DNA from: Candidatus Falkowbacteria bacterium
Lineage (GTDB): Bacteria > Patescibacteriota > Patescibacteriia > CAIXNZ01
Direction: 5' to 3'
Assembly: GCA_963774955.1 (NCBI GenBank)
Contig: CAVZGV010000003.1
Location: 386,981-450,980, forward strand
DNA length: 64,000 nucleotides
Positions 1 through 9,976 of this stretch are shown here, in pieces. Numbering within the stretch: the stretch's first letter is position 1; each line of letters starts with the position of its first letter. The translations under genes were made by a program, and so were the position numbers. Below the pieces are notes generated by a model. The model saw only the letters and a list, made by a program, of their open reading frames with translations. It made no database searches and had not been told where the DNA came from.

Positions 1-2
1 TC

Positions 3-311
3 GCTGGCGCCTGTAAAGAACTGGCTAATTATGCACTCGGTACCTGTGAAGCAAATAATCTCATGGCCATGATCACGTTGGCTTATGAAAAGCACGGAGT
101 CAGGAATATTATTTTAACCCAGCACGAAGACTGCGGCGCTTATGGCGGTAAAACCGCATTTGCCAGTGATGAAGCGGAATTAGCCAAAACAATAGGGGAT
201 ATGAAAAAGGCTAAAATGGCTTTGATGGAAAAATTCAAGGATATTCATGTGGAAATGTTCAGGATTACGGTGAAAGGTGAGGGGTGGGAGTTTGAGGCGG
301 TTAGTGATTAG
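3..311 (+). CDS. Putative beta-carbonic-anhydrase-like protein, 5'-truncated by the window edge
   Basis: Frame is open from base 3 (AGACKELA...); HEDCGAYGG matches the HxxCG zinc-ligand motif of beta-CA-like proteins. Confidence 0.6.
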   Translation, partial: AGACKELANYALGTCEANNLMAMITLAYEKHGVRNIILTQHEDCGAYGGKTAFASDEAELAKTIGDMKKAKMALMEKFKDIHVEMFRITVKGEGWEFEAVSD

Positions 312-428
312 AGTTTTAGGTTTTAAAGTCGCCGATTCAAAATGAGGTCTTTTTTAATTGAAGATTTAATAATTTTGATAATTTAGAATTAAATCGGTTC
401 CTGTTTTTTAAATTTAGGAGGTGGAGAA

Positions 429-1139
429 ATGTTAGATATAGGTGTCTTTATCGTCTTAATGTTGATTGCAGCTTTTTGCCTGTTATGTTCCGTTATGGTA
501 ATTTTTCAAGAAGGCCAGGGCGGAGAATATGACAGAAGTGGTAAAGTCGTTGCCTTTTTGTTTTTCCTGATTATTGGCACAGCCTTGCCGATTTTTCTCG
601 GTTTTTCCAAGTGCGATACGGGCAAAAAGGTGGTCAAATGGAAATTCGGTCAGGAAGCCAAAATTGAAAAAAAGGTTAAGGAACTTAACGATCTCTATTT
701 CACACTTTCTCAAAAACAGAAAGAAATCGTTAATTTGAGAGCTGATTACGGACGTAGCATTAAAGAGCTGGAAAAGGAGATCCGACAGGATAAAAAGAAA
801 TATAAGGTTAGTACGTATGCTCAGGCAAGCCAAAATTCCCGTATCAGCTATGATCTTTCCTTGATTCAGCGCAAACAAGCTTACATAACCAAACTTGATG
901 AAGTGACTGAGCGTTTGCAGTCAGGCACTCTGGAATTGGAATTTTTAAGGCGTCAGTCTGAGGATGATCTAAAAATGATCAAAGTCATGGATCAGGAACA
1001 AATTGATCAGCTGGCCAGCCAGATAAATACGGTGATTGAAAAGTATTTGCCGGAATCAGGCAAATTGGTAATTGAAGTCGATGAAAATTCGCTGGAATCA
1101 CCGGAGAATATCTGGGAAAGGATTAACCTGGGTAAATAA
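429..1139 (+). CDS. Membrane-anchored coiled-coil hypothetical protein
   Basis: AGGAGG RBS; two N-terminal hydrophobic helices then a charged helical region; terminator follows. Confidence 0.75.
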   Translation: MLDIGVFIVLMLIAAFCLLCSVMVIFQEGQGGEYDRSGKVVAFLFFLIIGTALPIFLGFSKCDTGKKVVKWKFGQEAKIEKKVKELNDLYFTLSQKQKEIVNLRADYGRSIKELEKEIRQDKKKYKVSTYAQASQNSRISYDLSLIQRKQAYITKLDEVTERLQSGTLELEFLRRQSEDDLKMIKVMDQEQIDQLASQINTVIEKYLPESGKLVIEVDENSLESPENIWERINLGK

Positions 1140-1145
1140 TAAGTT

Positions 1146-1174
1146 AAGCCGTCCCGCTAGGTGGGACGGCTTTT
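1146..1174 (+). terminator. Intrinsic terminator
   Basis: AAGCCGTCCCGC-TAG-GTGGGACGGCTT hairpin followed by T-run. Confidence 0.8.
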
Positions 1175-1272
1175 ATACTTTTAGAATTGACAGCAGTTAA
1201 ATAATTTGATAATTTTATTGTAATTGGAATAACTGATAGGAGGGATGAAGATGCCAATTTGCAAAAAGATAC

Positions 1273-1415
1273 GAGGTAGAAAAACTTATTGGCGATATTA
1301 ACAAGGTTATTGCCAAGTATCTGCCTGAAGCAGGGGAGTTGGCAGTTGAGGTAGATCCAAAATCAATGCAAACCCCGGAACAGATTTGGCAGCAGATTAC
1401 TTCGGGCAACTGTTA
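1273..1415 (+). pseudogene. 3' fragment paralogous to 429..1139
   Basis: Reads EVEKLIGDINKVIAKYLPEAGELAVEVDPKSMQTPEQIWQQITSGNC*, matching the C-terminus of 429..1139; the upstream RBS/ATG at 1245 is out of frame. Confidence 0.75.
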
Positions 1416-1534
1416 AAAAGTCGCTTGGAAGGGCGACTTTTTGGTCCCTTGACTTGACGTAAAATTACATATAAGTTAAGATTAGGCGAAAATCGTAAAT
1501 TGACAATTAAGCTAATAAGACAGGAGGATATGTC

Positions 1535-2296
1535 ATGACCATATTCATATTAAGTATCGCTGCTGTTGGTTTTCTGGTTTCTTTAATTTTGCTGGTAAGG
1601 CAATTATTACCCAAGGATAAGCCCGCTGATCAGGTGTTTAAGGATCTGGGTAAAAAGGGACAGGATCAATATGCTAAAACATTTAAAAAGGGACAGGAAT
1701 ATGTTGCCAAAACGTCCAAGGCAGTTTTAGTCGCAGAGGCTTTCAGTGACGTCGTGGTGCTGCCAAATTCATTTGGCGGTCGCCTTCGGGGCTTGATTGG
1801 TCAGCTGCGGAATTCAGTGGATTCAGCTGATGCTTTTGTTAAAAACCCTGATATTTTCAAAATGCTGTCCTTGGTCAGTCCTGCGAGTGCTGATGCTTAC
1901 GGTCAAACCAGTGATAATTACACTTTTATTATCACCGAGGATGTTGATGAGCCTTTTCAAGTCAATCAGGAGATTGTTCAGGTGGCTAATAAAATAGTGG
2001 CCGAACAAATTTTCGATGAAGATAAGGCCAGGGCTTTGTTTGACTGGTGCGTCAAAAATATTCCATACGGCACAACCGGCTGGAAAAAACATCAGCGTAG
2101 TATGCGTCATGCTAAAGAGATTTTTGAAGATAAGGAAGGTGTTTGCGCTGAAATGGCTATTCTCTACATTGCCATGGCCAGGGCAGTTGGCTTGGAAGCT
2201 AATTATGCCAGACTTCAGGGCCATGCTTGCGCAGCAGTGAAACTAAACGGCAAATATACAGGCGTTGAGCTTTCAGGTGGCCTTAATTCAGCGTAA
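1535..2296 (+). CDS. Transglutaminase-like membrane-anchored protein, probably C-terminally truncated
   Basis: GVCAEMAILYIAMARAVGL and GHACAAV Cys/His motifs; ends abruptly where a paralog fragment begins. Confidence 0.7.
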   Translation: MTIFILSIAAVGFLVSLILLVRQLLPKDKPADQVFKDLGKKGQDQYAKTFKKGQEYVAKTSKAVLVAEAFSDVVVLPNSFGGRLRGLIGQLRNSVDSADAFVKNPDIFKMLSLVSPASADAYGQTSDNYTFIITEDVDEPFQVNQEIVQVANKIVAEQIFDEDKARALFDWCVKNIPYGTTGWKKHQRSMRHAKEIFEDKEGVCAEMAILYIAMARAVGLEANYARLQGHACAAVKLNGKYTGVELSGGLNSA

Positions 2297-2561
2297 GGGA
2301 GCCTACATTAGCAAGCTTGAAGAAATATTGCCCAAACTGGATAATGGCGCTAATGAGCTGGAATTTTTACAGCGCCAGACCGAAGATGACATCAAGATGG
2401 AGCGGGTCTTGGGTGACAAGGAAATCGAAAAGCTGGCTAATCAAATCGAGCAGACCATTGCCAAGTATTTGCCTGAAGCGGGTGAACTGGCAATCTCGGT
2501 TGATGAAAGCAAAATGGAGTCACCCCAGCAAATCTGGCAAAGAATTGCCGCAGGAAATTAA
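2283..2561 (+). pseudogene. Second 3' fragment paralogous to 429..1139
   Basis: LIQRKGAYISKL...LEFLQRQTEDDIKM...KYLPEAGEL...IWQRI aligns with the C-terminal ~90 aa of 429..1139; no proper start. Confidence 0.75.
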
Positions 2562-2695
2562 AAGAAAGGAAAAACTTTTCTTAAATCAAATAACGCGTCT
2601 CAGACATTCTGGGACGCGTTTTGCTTGGTCTTGACAGTAATTATTTGTTAGTGTAATGTGAAATGAGCATTAAAATTTTATATGGAGGTAAGTAA

Positions 2696-3007
2696 ATGTC
2701 AGTAGTCTCAGTTGCAAAAGATACCGAGGTTGAGGTAATGACTGGTAAGACAATAATTCAGTTTTGGATTTGTCAGCCGGTCGATCAATTCAGGCAAGGA
2801 CAGCACGTCTATGAAATTAGCGGCAAGAAGTACGTGGTCATTGCCTATTGCAGCGAAAAAAGAATTGCGTTTGGTATGTGCAGTCAGGATCGGATAGTCG
2901 CTAAAATGGAAGTTCATGATTACCATGAAGCTGACAGGTTGGCTCATAAGAAAAATTGGACTTTTTCTGCCTGGATATTACCTTACAAATCCAAGCGCCT
3001 CCGCTGA
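2696..3007 (+). CDS. Hypothetical protein
   Basis: TTGACA promoter-like box, GGAGG RBS and downstream hairpin terminator. Confidence 0.65.
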   Translation: MSVVSVAKDTEVEVMTGKTIIQFWICQPVDQFRQGQHVYEISGKKYVVIAYCSEKRIAFGMCSQDRIVAKMEVHDYHEADRLAHKKNWTFSAWILPYKSKRLR

Positions 3008-3195
3008 GGCGCTTTTTATTTAAATCAGTATGGTCCTTGACAAAATAACGCAAAGATGTTATTATTAAGAATTAATGAGAGTCTGAAATGTAGTAGGGCT
3101 CTGTTAGAAACAGCTGATTTGAGAAGTTCCGCTTCTCGTCTGGTCCGCCAGAGATCAGCCAAATGTGTATTTCCGAATACAATGAAAAGGAGGCA

Positions 3196-3690
3196 ATGGA
3201 AATGGAATGGTTGAAAATGAATTGGAATTTGTTGGTTGTAGTCATCTTGGGATTGCCGATTCTCCTGGTTTATTCCTCGACACTTCTTAACAAGTTGTAC
3301 AGAGCAAAAAAGGAAAGGCAGTTAAATTTGTGGGAGCAAATTGCTGATTTCGAAGAAGGCCTGGAAAAGGCTTCCAAACAAAATCTCAAAGATGCAACCC
3401 AAACACTTTCTGAACTCGGTTTTTCCATCGGCTATAAAGTGTATAGCCTTCCCGAATTTTTATGGCAGGTAAATCCACATACAATCGCCAAAGCTTTGGT
3501 TACCTACGCTAAAGCATGTGACAAAATCGTCGGGGATGGTACCCTTAATCCTGAAACATATGCCGCAATTGCTAAGGAACTCAGCAAATTGGCAAAGAAA
3601 AAACCTCGGCTGGCTATGATGATTATTTCATTGATGTGTAGGGCTGGAATGCTCCCATGGGGCGGTTATCATTTAGCTTGTTCATTGTGA
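3196..3690 (+). CDS. Hypothetical single-pass membrane protein
   Basis: AGGAGG before ATG 3196; N-terminal TM helix; terminator at ~3715-3741. Confidence 0.65.
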   Translation: MEMEWLKMNWNLLVVVILGLPILLVYSSTLLNKLYRAKKERQLNLWEQIADFEEGLEKASKQNLKDATQTLSELGFSIGYKVYSLPEFLWQVNPHTIAKALVTYAKACDKIVGDGTLNPETYAAIAKELSKLAKKKPRLAMMIISLMCRAGMLPWGGYHLACSL

Positions 3691-3779
3691 CAAAATTTTC
3701 ATAGTTATTTAATAAAAGCGCATCCGCAGGGAAGCGCTTTTCATTTTACAATTAATTGAATTTAAGATAAAATTTAAAT

Positions 3780-4784
3780 ATGAATATTACAAAATTACCA
3801 ACAATTTTAAAGCAGGAGCCTGCTTTTCGGCTGAAACAGGCTAAAGAGGCAATATATAAGCAACTAATTACTGATTGGTCGCAGGCTTTGAATTTTCCGA
3901 AAGAATTACGGGATAAATTAAATAAGAAGTGCTCTTTGGACATTGACGCACAGGTGCTGGAGTCCAACGATAAAAAATCAGTCAAAGCCGCTATAACTTT
4001 GACTGACGGAATGAAAATTGAAACAGTCTTATTGCGCCATGGTTATAGAAATACGGTTTGCCTGTCTTCACAGGTTGGCTGTCCCTTAGGTTGTTTATTT
4101 TGTGCCACTGGTCAGGCCGGGTTTAAGCGTAATTTAGAAATAGAGGAAATTATTGAGCAGGTTTTATTTTTTAACCGTTATTTAAAGCTCAGAGGTGAAA
4201 AGGTTGATAATTTAGTTTTTATGGGCATGGGTGAACCGTTTTTAAATTATGATAATGTTATGGGGGCAATTAAGCAATTAAATTCAGAGGAGACATTTAA
4301 TATCGGTGCCCGTCATATCTCCATTTCCACCATCGGTATTATTCCGGGTATACTAAAATTGGCGGCTGAAAAACTGCAAATAAATCTGGCTATTTCTTTG
4401 CATGCAGCTGATGATCAAGTCAGGTCAAGAATAATCCCAATTAACGATAGATATAAAATTACAAATTTAATTGATGCAGCCGGTGATTACCTGAAAAAGA
4501 CTAAAAGACAGCTGATGTTTGAGTATATTATGCTTGAACACTATAATGATTCAAAACTTCAGGCCGCGGAATTAGCAGATCTGCTTAAGCATTTGCCCAA
4601 ACATCTGTATATGGTTAATCTCATCCAATATAATACCACTAAGGGTTTCAGACCATCAGCAACCATGGCCATTAAAAAATTTCAGCAGGTTCTAGTACAA
4701 AACGGCATTAAAACCACGGTTCGCCTGCGTTTAGGCAGGGAAGTTAAAGGTGCCTGCGGGCAGTTGGTGGGTAATGTTGAATAA
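3780..4784 (+). CDS. rlmN: Dual-specificity 23S rRNA/tRNA methyltransferase RlmN (radical SAM)
   Basis: CLSSQVGCPLGCLFC, FMGMGEP, ISLHA and C-terminal GACGQL motifs. Confidence 0.95.
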   Translation: MNITKLPTILKQEPAFRLKQAKEAIYKQLITDWSQALNFPKELRDKLNKKCSLDIDAQVLESNDKKSVKAAITLTDGMKIETVLLRHGYRNTVCLSSQVGCPLGCLFCATGQAGFKRNLEIEEIIEQVLFFNRYLKLRGEKVDNLVFMGMGEPFLNYDNVMGAIKQLNSEETFNIGARHISISTIGIIPGILKLAAEKLQINLAISLHAADDQVRSRIIPINDRYKITNLIDAAGDYLKKTKRQLMFEYIMLEHYNDSKLQAAELADLLKHLPKHLYMVNLIQYNTTKGFRPSATMAIKKFQQVLVQNGIKTTVRLRLGREVKGACGQLVGNVE

Positions 4785-4859
4785 TGATATAATTTGTTTA
4801 ATGATTGGCTTAGAGTTCTAAGTCCACAGCCCTAAGTTCAATGCAAATAATTTATACTA

Positions 4860-5915
4860 ATGCTCTATAAAGAAAAATACAAACCTCTTAAATTTCCCCG
4901 CGACGAGCAAAAGCATGACCACATTATTGAATGGTGGTATTTTAACGGTAATTTAAAAAGTGAAGACGGCCGTTTGTTTTCCTATATGAACACTTTGTTT
5001 GCGACTAAGCCGAATCTGGTAAAAATTCCGTTTTTGAAAAATATTCCCTTAAAAACTTTGTTTTTCTCCCATTATTTATTAAGTGATAATAATAAACATA
5101 AATTCTGGGAAAAGGTTAACCCTCTATGTTTTTTGGATGCCAATAGTTTTACCAAACCGCTTTTATGGGCTGAATATGATAATTCCTGCTTGATTGAAGA
5201 ATACAAATTGTTTAATTTCCATATTACCAATGATTTTGTGGATCTAAATTTAAAAGCTATAAAAAAGCCTTTACTAATTAATAACAAGGGATTTATTGAC
5301 CTGGGTGTAAAAACAACTTATTATTATTCGTTGCCTCGTTTGCAGACCAGCGGTTTGATTAGGATTAATGATGAGTGGTTGTCAGTTAAAGGCTTAAGTT
5401 GGATGGACCATCAGTGGGCGCAGACTCCAATGACCAAGGATGACAAATGGACCTGGTTTTCTCTGCAATTAAATAATGGCTGGGATATAATGGCGGTAAT
5501 TTACGGTGATCAGGCTAAACTAGCCCATGCCAGCCTTATGGATAAGGGCAATAGGATCAAAACAACAAATAATGTTTTTTTAAAAAATTTACCGATTAAA
5601 TATGCCAGTAAAGAAACCGGCGCCGAATATCAGCTGGGCTATGAAATTTTCTTGCCTGACTGGAATCTCAAAGTTACAGCCAAACCCTATAATAAAGCTC
5701 AGGAAATGGTTTTCGGCACTATAAATTATTGGGAAGGCGGTCTGAAAATCGAAGGTAAAATAGGTGAAAAAAATATCAGCGGCCAGGGATTTTTGGAACT
5801 GGTCGGCAGCCCCATGAAAAAGAGCCTGATGCGGGTATATTTGAATAAATTTGAAAAAAACGGGTTTAAGGGCTGGAAAGCTGAGGTGCTTGACAAAATT
5901 AAAATATATAGGTAA
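4860..5915 (+). CDS. AttH/CrtC-like lipocalin-fold protein
   Basis: EWWYFNGNL, TYYYSLPRL, WMDHQW, YWEG motifs. Confidence 0.8.
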   Translation: MLYKEKYKPLKFPRDEQKHDHIIEWWYFNGNLKSEDGRLFSYMNTLFATKPNLVKIPFLKNIPLKTLFFSHYLLSDNNKHKFWEKVNPLCFLDANSFTKPLLWAEYDNSCLIEEYKLFNFHITNDFVDLNLKAIKKPLLINNKGFIDLGVKTTYYYSLPRLQTSGLIRINDEWLSVKGLSWMDHQWAQTPMTKDDKWTWFSLQLNNGWDIMAVIYGDQAKLAHASLMDKGNRIKTTNNVFLKNLPIKYASKETGAEYQLGYEIFLPDWNLKVTAKPYNKAQEMVFGTINYWEGGLKIEGKIGEKNISGQGFLELVGSPMKKSLMRVYLNKFEKNGFKGWKAEVLDKIKIYR

Positions 5916-5944
5916 GTTAAGTTATTAAAGATTTATCGACTCAT

Positions 5945-7813
5945 ATGGCTATTAACCGCATAAAACTGAATAGCCAGTCACTTAAAAAGGAATTCGCTAA
6001 GGATTACCAGGATTTTTTTTCCAGATCAATGATTATCACCTCGGCTCCGGGGACCATAACCTGGGCTGGTGATTATGCGGTCATGGAGGGCGGATTTGCC
6101 ATTCTGCAAAAAATTCCCCTGAGAGTCTATATCGGTTTGGAACTTAATACTAATGACAAAACTGAAATCGGAGACTTTAAGTATTTTTCAAAGTCCAAGG
6201 GACAGTTTAAAAATTGCGAATTGGAACTGCCGGTAAAAAATAACCTGGTAAGATTTGTCGACCATTACCTGGAAGATGTGGAAAAGGATATTCATCTGAA
6301 AATAAATATTTTAAGTGAAGTATCTCCAGGCAGGGGACTTAATCTCTCGGGTGCCTTATCAGCCAGTTTAGCTTTGGCTTTGGAATTGTATTTCAAAAAA
6401 ATAAAAATCAAGGAGATGGAAAAATGGAAACAGACTGACTTGACCACTTTAACCAGAAAAATCGACCTTAAATTCGATCAGGTCTTTCGTTTGTCATGGA
6501 AGATGAACGCTATCTTTCACGGTAATGTCTCTTCGGGCGGTTCTTCATTTGCCCCATTTATTTATACGCCTTTTCCGGTGGTCTATTTTTCCGAAAAAAG
6601 AGCAGAAATAAACGATAAGGAGAATTTTTCTAATATTAGATTCCCCAAGTATTTGGACGGAGATTGGCGGGGGTATGAGCAGATATTTTATGGGGCCATT
6701 AAGTTTGAAGAATTATTTAATTATAAATCATTACCCAATTGGCCGATTGATTTCGGGGCAATATATTCCGGGGATGAAAGAATGACGGCGACAACACATG
6801 GAACGATCGGCGAAATCAGAGATATCCTGAAGACAACAACTGATTTGGTTAAGGAAGATTTCGCGCCTTATATGGCGAATTTGCCGGTAACTCCCTATTT
6901 TTATAAATTAGCGACCAAACACGGCTGGCGCGGACTGTGGAATATTTACGTGGATCCGACTATTGTTTCCAGTATGGAAGTCTTAAATGCTTTTCGTGAT
7001 TTATTTGAAAAAGGTTTGGCCGATAAATCAATTAAAAATCTTTTTGCCGCTTTGAACAGAATGTCTGCAATTTATCAGGTTTTGGAATTATCTTCGCCGT
7101 TATTCCAATATATTCAGAAATATCTTAATGATGATATGATAAGGTTGGGAGACCCTCACGGCGCGGCTACCAAGCCGTTGGGGTGCGGTAAAAAGGGGGA
7201 TTTGTTATTTGTTTTGCCTTATCATGGACTCCGCGATCAGATTGATAGGGTCATTAACGAGATGATTGAAGAAACCAAGGAACATATGTATCTGGATTAT
7301 GCTTCATGGTATGACGGTATTGAAGAGGAAGGGGCTAAACTCGAGCAATTTCTGGAAGGCAAAATATATTCTGAGTTTATTTCACGTGGGGCTGTTTTGA
7401 TCAAACATTTAAATTATAAAGGATTTATTCATAAAGATTTGTATACTCAGGAGGAGTTTCATAAAATGATACCCGACGCGGATTTACTGATGGATGAAAT
7501 CGACGGTAAAATTTATATTAAAGGTACACAACTGACATCTAAAGAATTGCATTCCGCAACGGCTACTATAAGTATTCTTAAGGAGCTAATTAATAAGCCG
7601 GGTGAAGCCGTGGCCAATGCTACTTTACCAATCAGTAGTTATACTCAGGACAGAAATGAACTGCAAAGCAAGATTATTACGCCCCTATGCAAAATTATCC
7701 AAAAGAATACTGGCCGTAAACTGTCATTTAAAATTAACGGCGGTATCACTAATTTCACCGTTAAATTGGGTAGCACAGGTGTGGATATCCTTTTGGTAAA
7801 AAGAATTTTTTAA
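5945..7813 (+). CDS. GHMP-kinase-like protein with C-terminal OmpR-like winged-helix domain
   Basis: GDYAV, PGRGLNLSGA and KPLGCGKKGD resemble GHMP motifs I-III; last ~100 aa resemble Trans_reg_C. Confidence 0.55.
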   Translation: MAINRIKLNSQSLKKEFAKDYQDFFSRSMIITSAPGTITWAGDYAVMEGGFAILQKIPLRVYIGLELNTNDKTEIGDFKYFSKSKGQFKNCELELPVKNNLVRFVDHYLEDVEKDIHLKINILSEVSPGRGLNLSGALSASLALALELYFKKIKIKEMEKWKQTDLTTLTRKIDLKFDQVFRLSWKMNAIFHGNVSSGGSSFAPFIYTPFPVVYFSEKRAEINDKENFSNIRFPKYLDGDWRGYEQIFYGAIKFEELFNYKSLPNWPIDFGAIYSGDERMTATTHGTIGEIRDILKTTTDLVKEDFAPYMANLPVTPYFYKLATKHGWRGLWNIYVDPTIVSSMEVLNAFRDLFEKGLADKSIKNLFAALNRMSAIYQVLELSSPLFQYIQKYLNDDMIRLGDPHGAATKPLGCGKKGDLLFVLPYHGLRDQIDRVINEMIEETKEHMYLDYASWYDGIEEEGAKLEQFLEGKIYSEFISRGAVLIKHLNYKGFIHKDLYTQEEFHKMIPDADLLMDEIDGKIYIKGTQLTSKELHSATATISILKELINKPGEAVANATLPISSYTQDRNELQSKIITPLCKIIQKNTGRKLSFKINGGITNFTVKLGSTGVDILLVKRIF

Positions 7814-7860
7814 ACGTAAAATATAATAAGTTTTTGAAAAAACCGGGTTTTGTCCCGGTT

Positions 7861-7907
7861 TTTTCTTTTTGTGTCCTTAGACTGTATGGCTCCTGATGAT
7901 TTATGAT
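7861..7907 (+). promoter_or_regulatory. TGTCCTTAG...TATGAT promoter, copy 1
   Basis: Same architecture as 9901-9950 and 21843-21892. Confidence 0.5.
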
Positions 7908-8169
7908 CAAGGCAGAGAATCAAAAATAGATCTTTACAACCAAATATATTAAGAAGTTTGCAATCAGCCAGTTTAACCTTAAATTACTTTTTATCGGTCT
8001 ACTTATTATCATTTTCTTTGTTTTGATTTTAAAGGTCAATATTATATCGACCTATATGAACATACATAAATAAAATCAACAAAGGATATAAATAGATTGA
8101 TAACAATTAAGATAAACCGGCTGTTTCCAGATTTTTTGCTGATAAACAATGTAACAAGGAGGTCTTGTC

Positions 8170-8484
8170 ATGGCAACGGAAATTGTTATTTTATCGGTTC
8201 ATACTGAAGGCAATGACAGCTGGGAAACTCCCCATGCTCACTGTCCCAAACATGGGTCAAAAATTTATGCCCATGACGGAAGGGTTAACAAGATTACCTG
8301 CGATTTTTGCGGGTCTATCATTGTTTATGGGGGTTGCAGCAAATGTACCGGGAGTGTAAATCATCCTTTCTGTGACGAGTGCGGCCGAGATTTTTGCCCC
8401 AATTGTGCCGGCAGATCCAGGTTGGGCGGTTATAGCCCCGGTGGCGGTTTGTGTGCCAGTTTTTTGTGCAAGAAGTGCGGTTAG
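8170..8484 (+). CDS. Small Cys-rich zinc-finger-like protein
   Basis: AGGAGG RBS; multiple CxxC pairs. Confidence 0.65.
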   Translation: MATEIVILSVHTEGNDSWETPHAHCPKHGSKIYAHDGRVNKITCDFCGSIIVYGGCSKCTGSVNHPFCDECGRDFCPNCAGRSRLGGYSPGGGLCASFLCKKCG

Positions 8485-8587
8485 AACTTATTGACTGAAA
8501 AAAAGGGGGTGGTAAAAACAAGTTAGTGTAAATTAGGCGGGTAATGCTTTTCTCCGAATAATCAAACTCAAAACAGGGAGGGGCAAA

Positions 8588-8797
8588 ATGCCTTGTATCA
8601 ATTGTCCTATGCTCGGCGGATCGAGTGGGGCGGATCTTTTCAACCGTGAAATGGATCGGCTGAGAGACCCGCTCAATTTTTCAGGATTGATGAATCGTAT
8701 TAACGATCCTACAGGGTTGCAACGTACAGGAAGTCTTTTTCGTTATCAACCTTCGACTGCGCTCTTGCGTGCATGGGAAGATGCGAAGAAGCCTTAA
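8588..8797 (+). CDS. Small hypothetical protein
   Basis: GGAGG RBS before ATG. Confidence 0.5.
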   Translation: MPCINCPMLGGSSGADLFNREMDRLRDPLNFSGLMNRINDPTGLQRTGSLFRYQPSTALLRAWEDAKKP

Positions 8798-8859
8798 AGA
8801 CGCGTCGGTCCTTAACCAAACAACTTAACATCAAACAAAAAACAAAAAGGAGACTTCAA

Positions 8860-9054
8860 ATGAGCGGCATCGCACCCATCAACCCCGGCCAGACGTTCAA
8901 TATTTTCGAAAACGATCATCTCACGCAGATCCAGCATCATGAAACTTACGTGGATGTGGTCGACCATTTCGATCATGGCGATCTGGAGGTCGATTGCCAT
9001 CTGGTCCACAAGATTGACCGTCTCGGCAACATCGACCTCGACATCTTGCCGTAA
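8860..9054 (+). CDS. Small His/Asp-rich hypothetical protein
   Basis: AGGAG RBS before ATG 8860. Confidence 0.55.
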   Translation: MSGIAPINPGQTFNIFENDHLTQIQHHETYVDVVDHFDHGDLEVDCHLVHKIDRLGNIDLDILP

Positions 9055-9228
9055 GGCAAAACCAAAATCAGGGTTTTCAAAAAAACTCGTTGAATCAAAA
9101 AAATTCCGCGAGACCATGGATCCACAGGATCCATAAAGGGGTTGCTTAAAAAACAGCCCCTTTTCTATAAAATTTGCCTTATTAATATATTTATGTTAAA
9201 TTTCAGCATCAATCTCAAGGAGGCTAAA

Positions 9229-9870
9229 ATGACTGAAAAAGAACTGCTGGAGAAACTGGCCACTTTTTCGTTGATTGAAGAATTGAAGTACCTTTTTATT
9301 TACGGCAGCAACAGCGATCTGGAAGCCGATGACAAGGATATTGATTTACTGGCTGTTGTTAATAATCCCAGAGGATATCTTTATTACAAGGTTGAAAAGA
9401 CCGATCAGGTTGATTTAATCATTGTAAATGAGGATTACTTCCAGCGGGCTATCAGCAACTTCGAACCATTGGTGCTAGAACCGTTGCTTAAAGGCCGACT
9501 TTTGCGAAGTTTTGCTTCAGTAGAAGTGGATTTCAGACAAAAGATATGGCAGCAGGAATTTCACAAGAAAAATCTGGTTTATCTGACCAGCTTTGCCTTT
9601 ACCCTCCTGTGCTGGGCTTTTGAACGCTGGGACAAGAAGAACTATGAAGAATGCCTGATGAACCTGACCTATGTTTTTAGCTATGCAGCCATGGCTGAAA
9701 ATTTAAGCAAATACAAAGAACCGGTTTTTTACTGGCAACTTTTGGCTCATCCTGATTATGGCTGTCTGAGAAAAATCAGGGCGAGTTTGAAACTTAAACA
9801 GTTTGATCAGACAGAAGAATTGCTAAACGAAACTTTTGCCTGGTTAAAGGGTCAGCTGAGTAAATTATAA
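9229..9870 (+). CDS. Minimal nucleotidyltransferase (Pol-beta fold) with helical C-terminal domain
   Basis: FIYGS...DIDLLAVV and VDLII motifs; AGGAGG RBS. Confidence 0.7.
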   Translation: MTEKELLEKLATFSLIEELKYLFIYGSNSDLEADDKDIDLLAVVNNPRGYLYYKVEKTDQVDLIIVNEDYFQRAISNFEPLVLEPLLKGRLLRSFASVEVDFRQKIWQQEFHKKNLVYLTSFAFTLLCWAFERWDKKNYEECLMNLTYVFSYAAMAENLSKYKEPVFYWQLLAHPDYGCLRKIRASLKLKQFDQTEELLNETFAWLKGQLSKL

Positions 9871-9874
9871 GTTT

Positions 9875-9905
9875 AAGCCGTTCCGACATGTCGGAACGGC
9901 TTTTT
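9875..9905 (+). terminator. Intrinsic terminator
   Basis: AAGCCGTTCCGACATGTCGGAACGGCTT palindrome plus T-run. Confidence 0.8.
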
Positions 9906-9950
9906 GTCCTTTTTTGTCCTTAGTCAGTTGCAGGGTAATTAAATTATGAT
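9901..9950 (+). promoter_or_regulatory. Direct-repeat promoter (TTTTTGTCCT)x2-TAG...TATGAT, copy 2
   Basis: 10-bp tandem repeat abutting a TAGTCA -35-like box; TATGAT at 9945. Confidence 0.55.
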
Positions 9951-9976
9951 AAAAGTATTATTATTAATCTAGTTTT

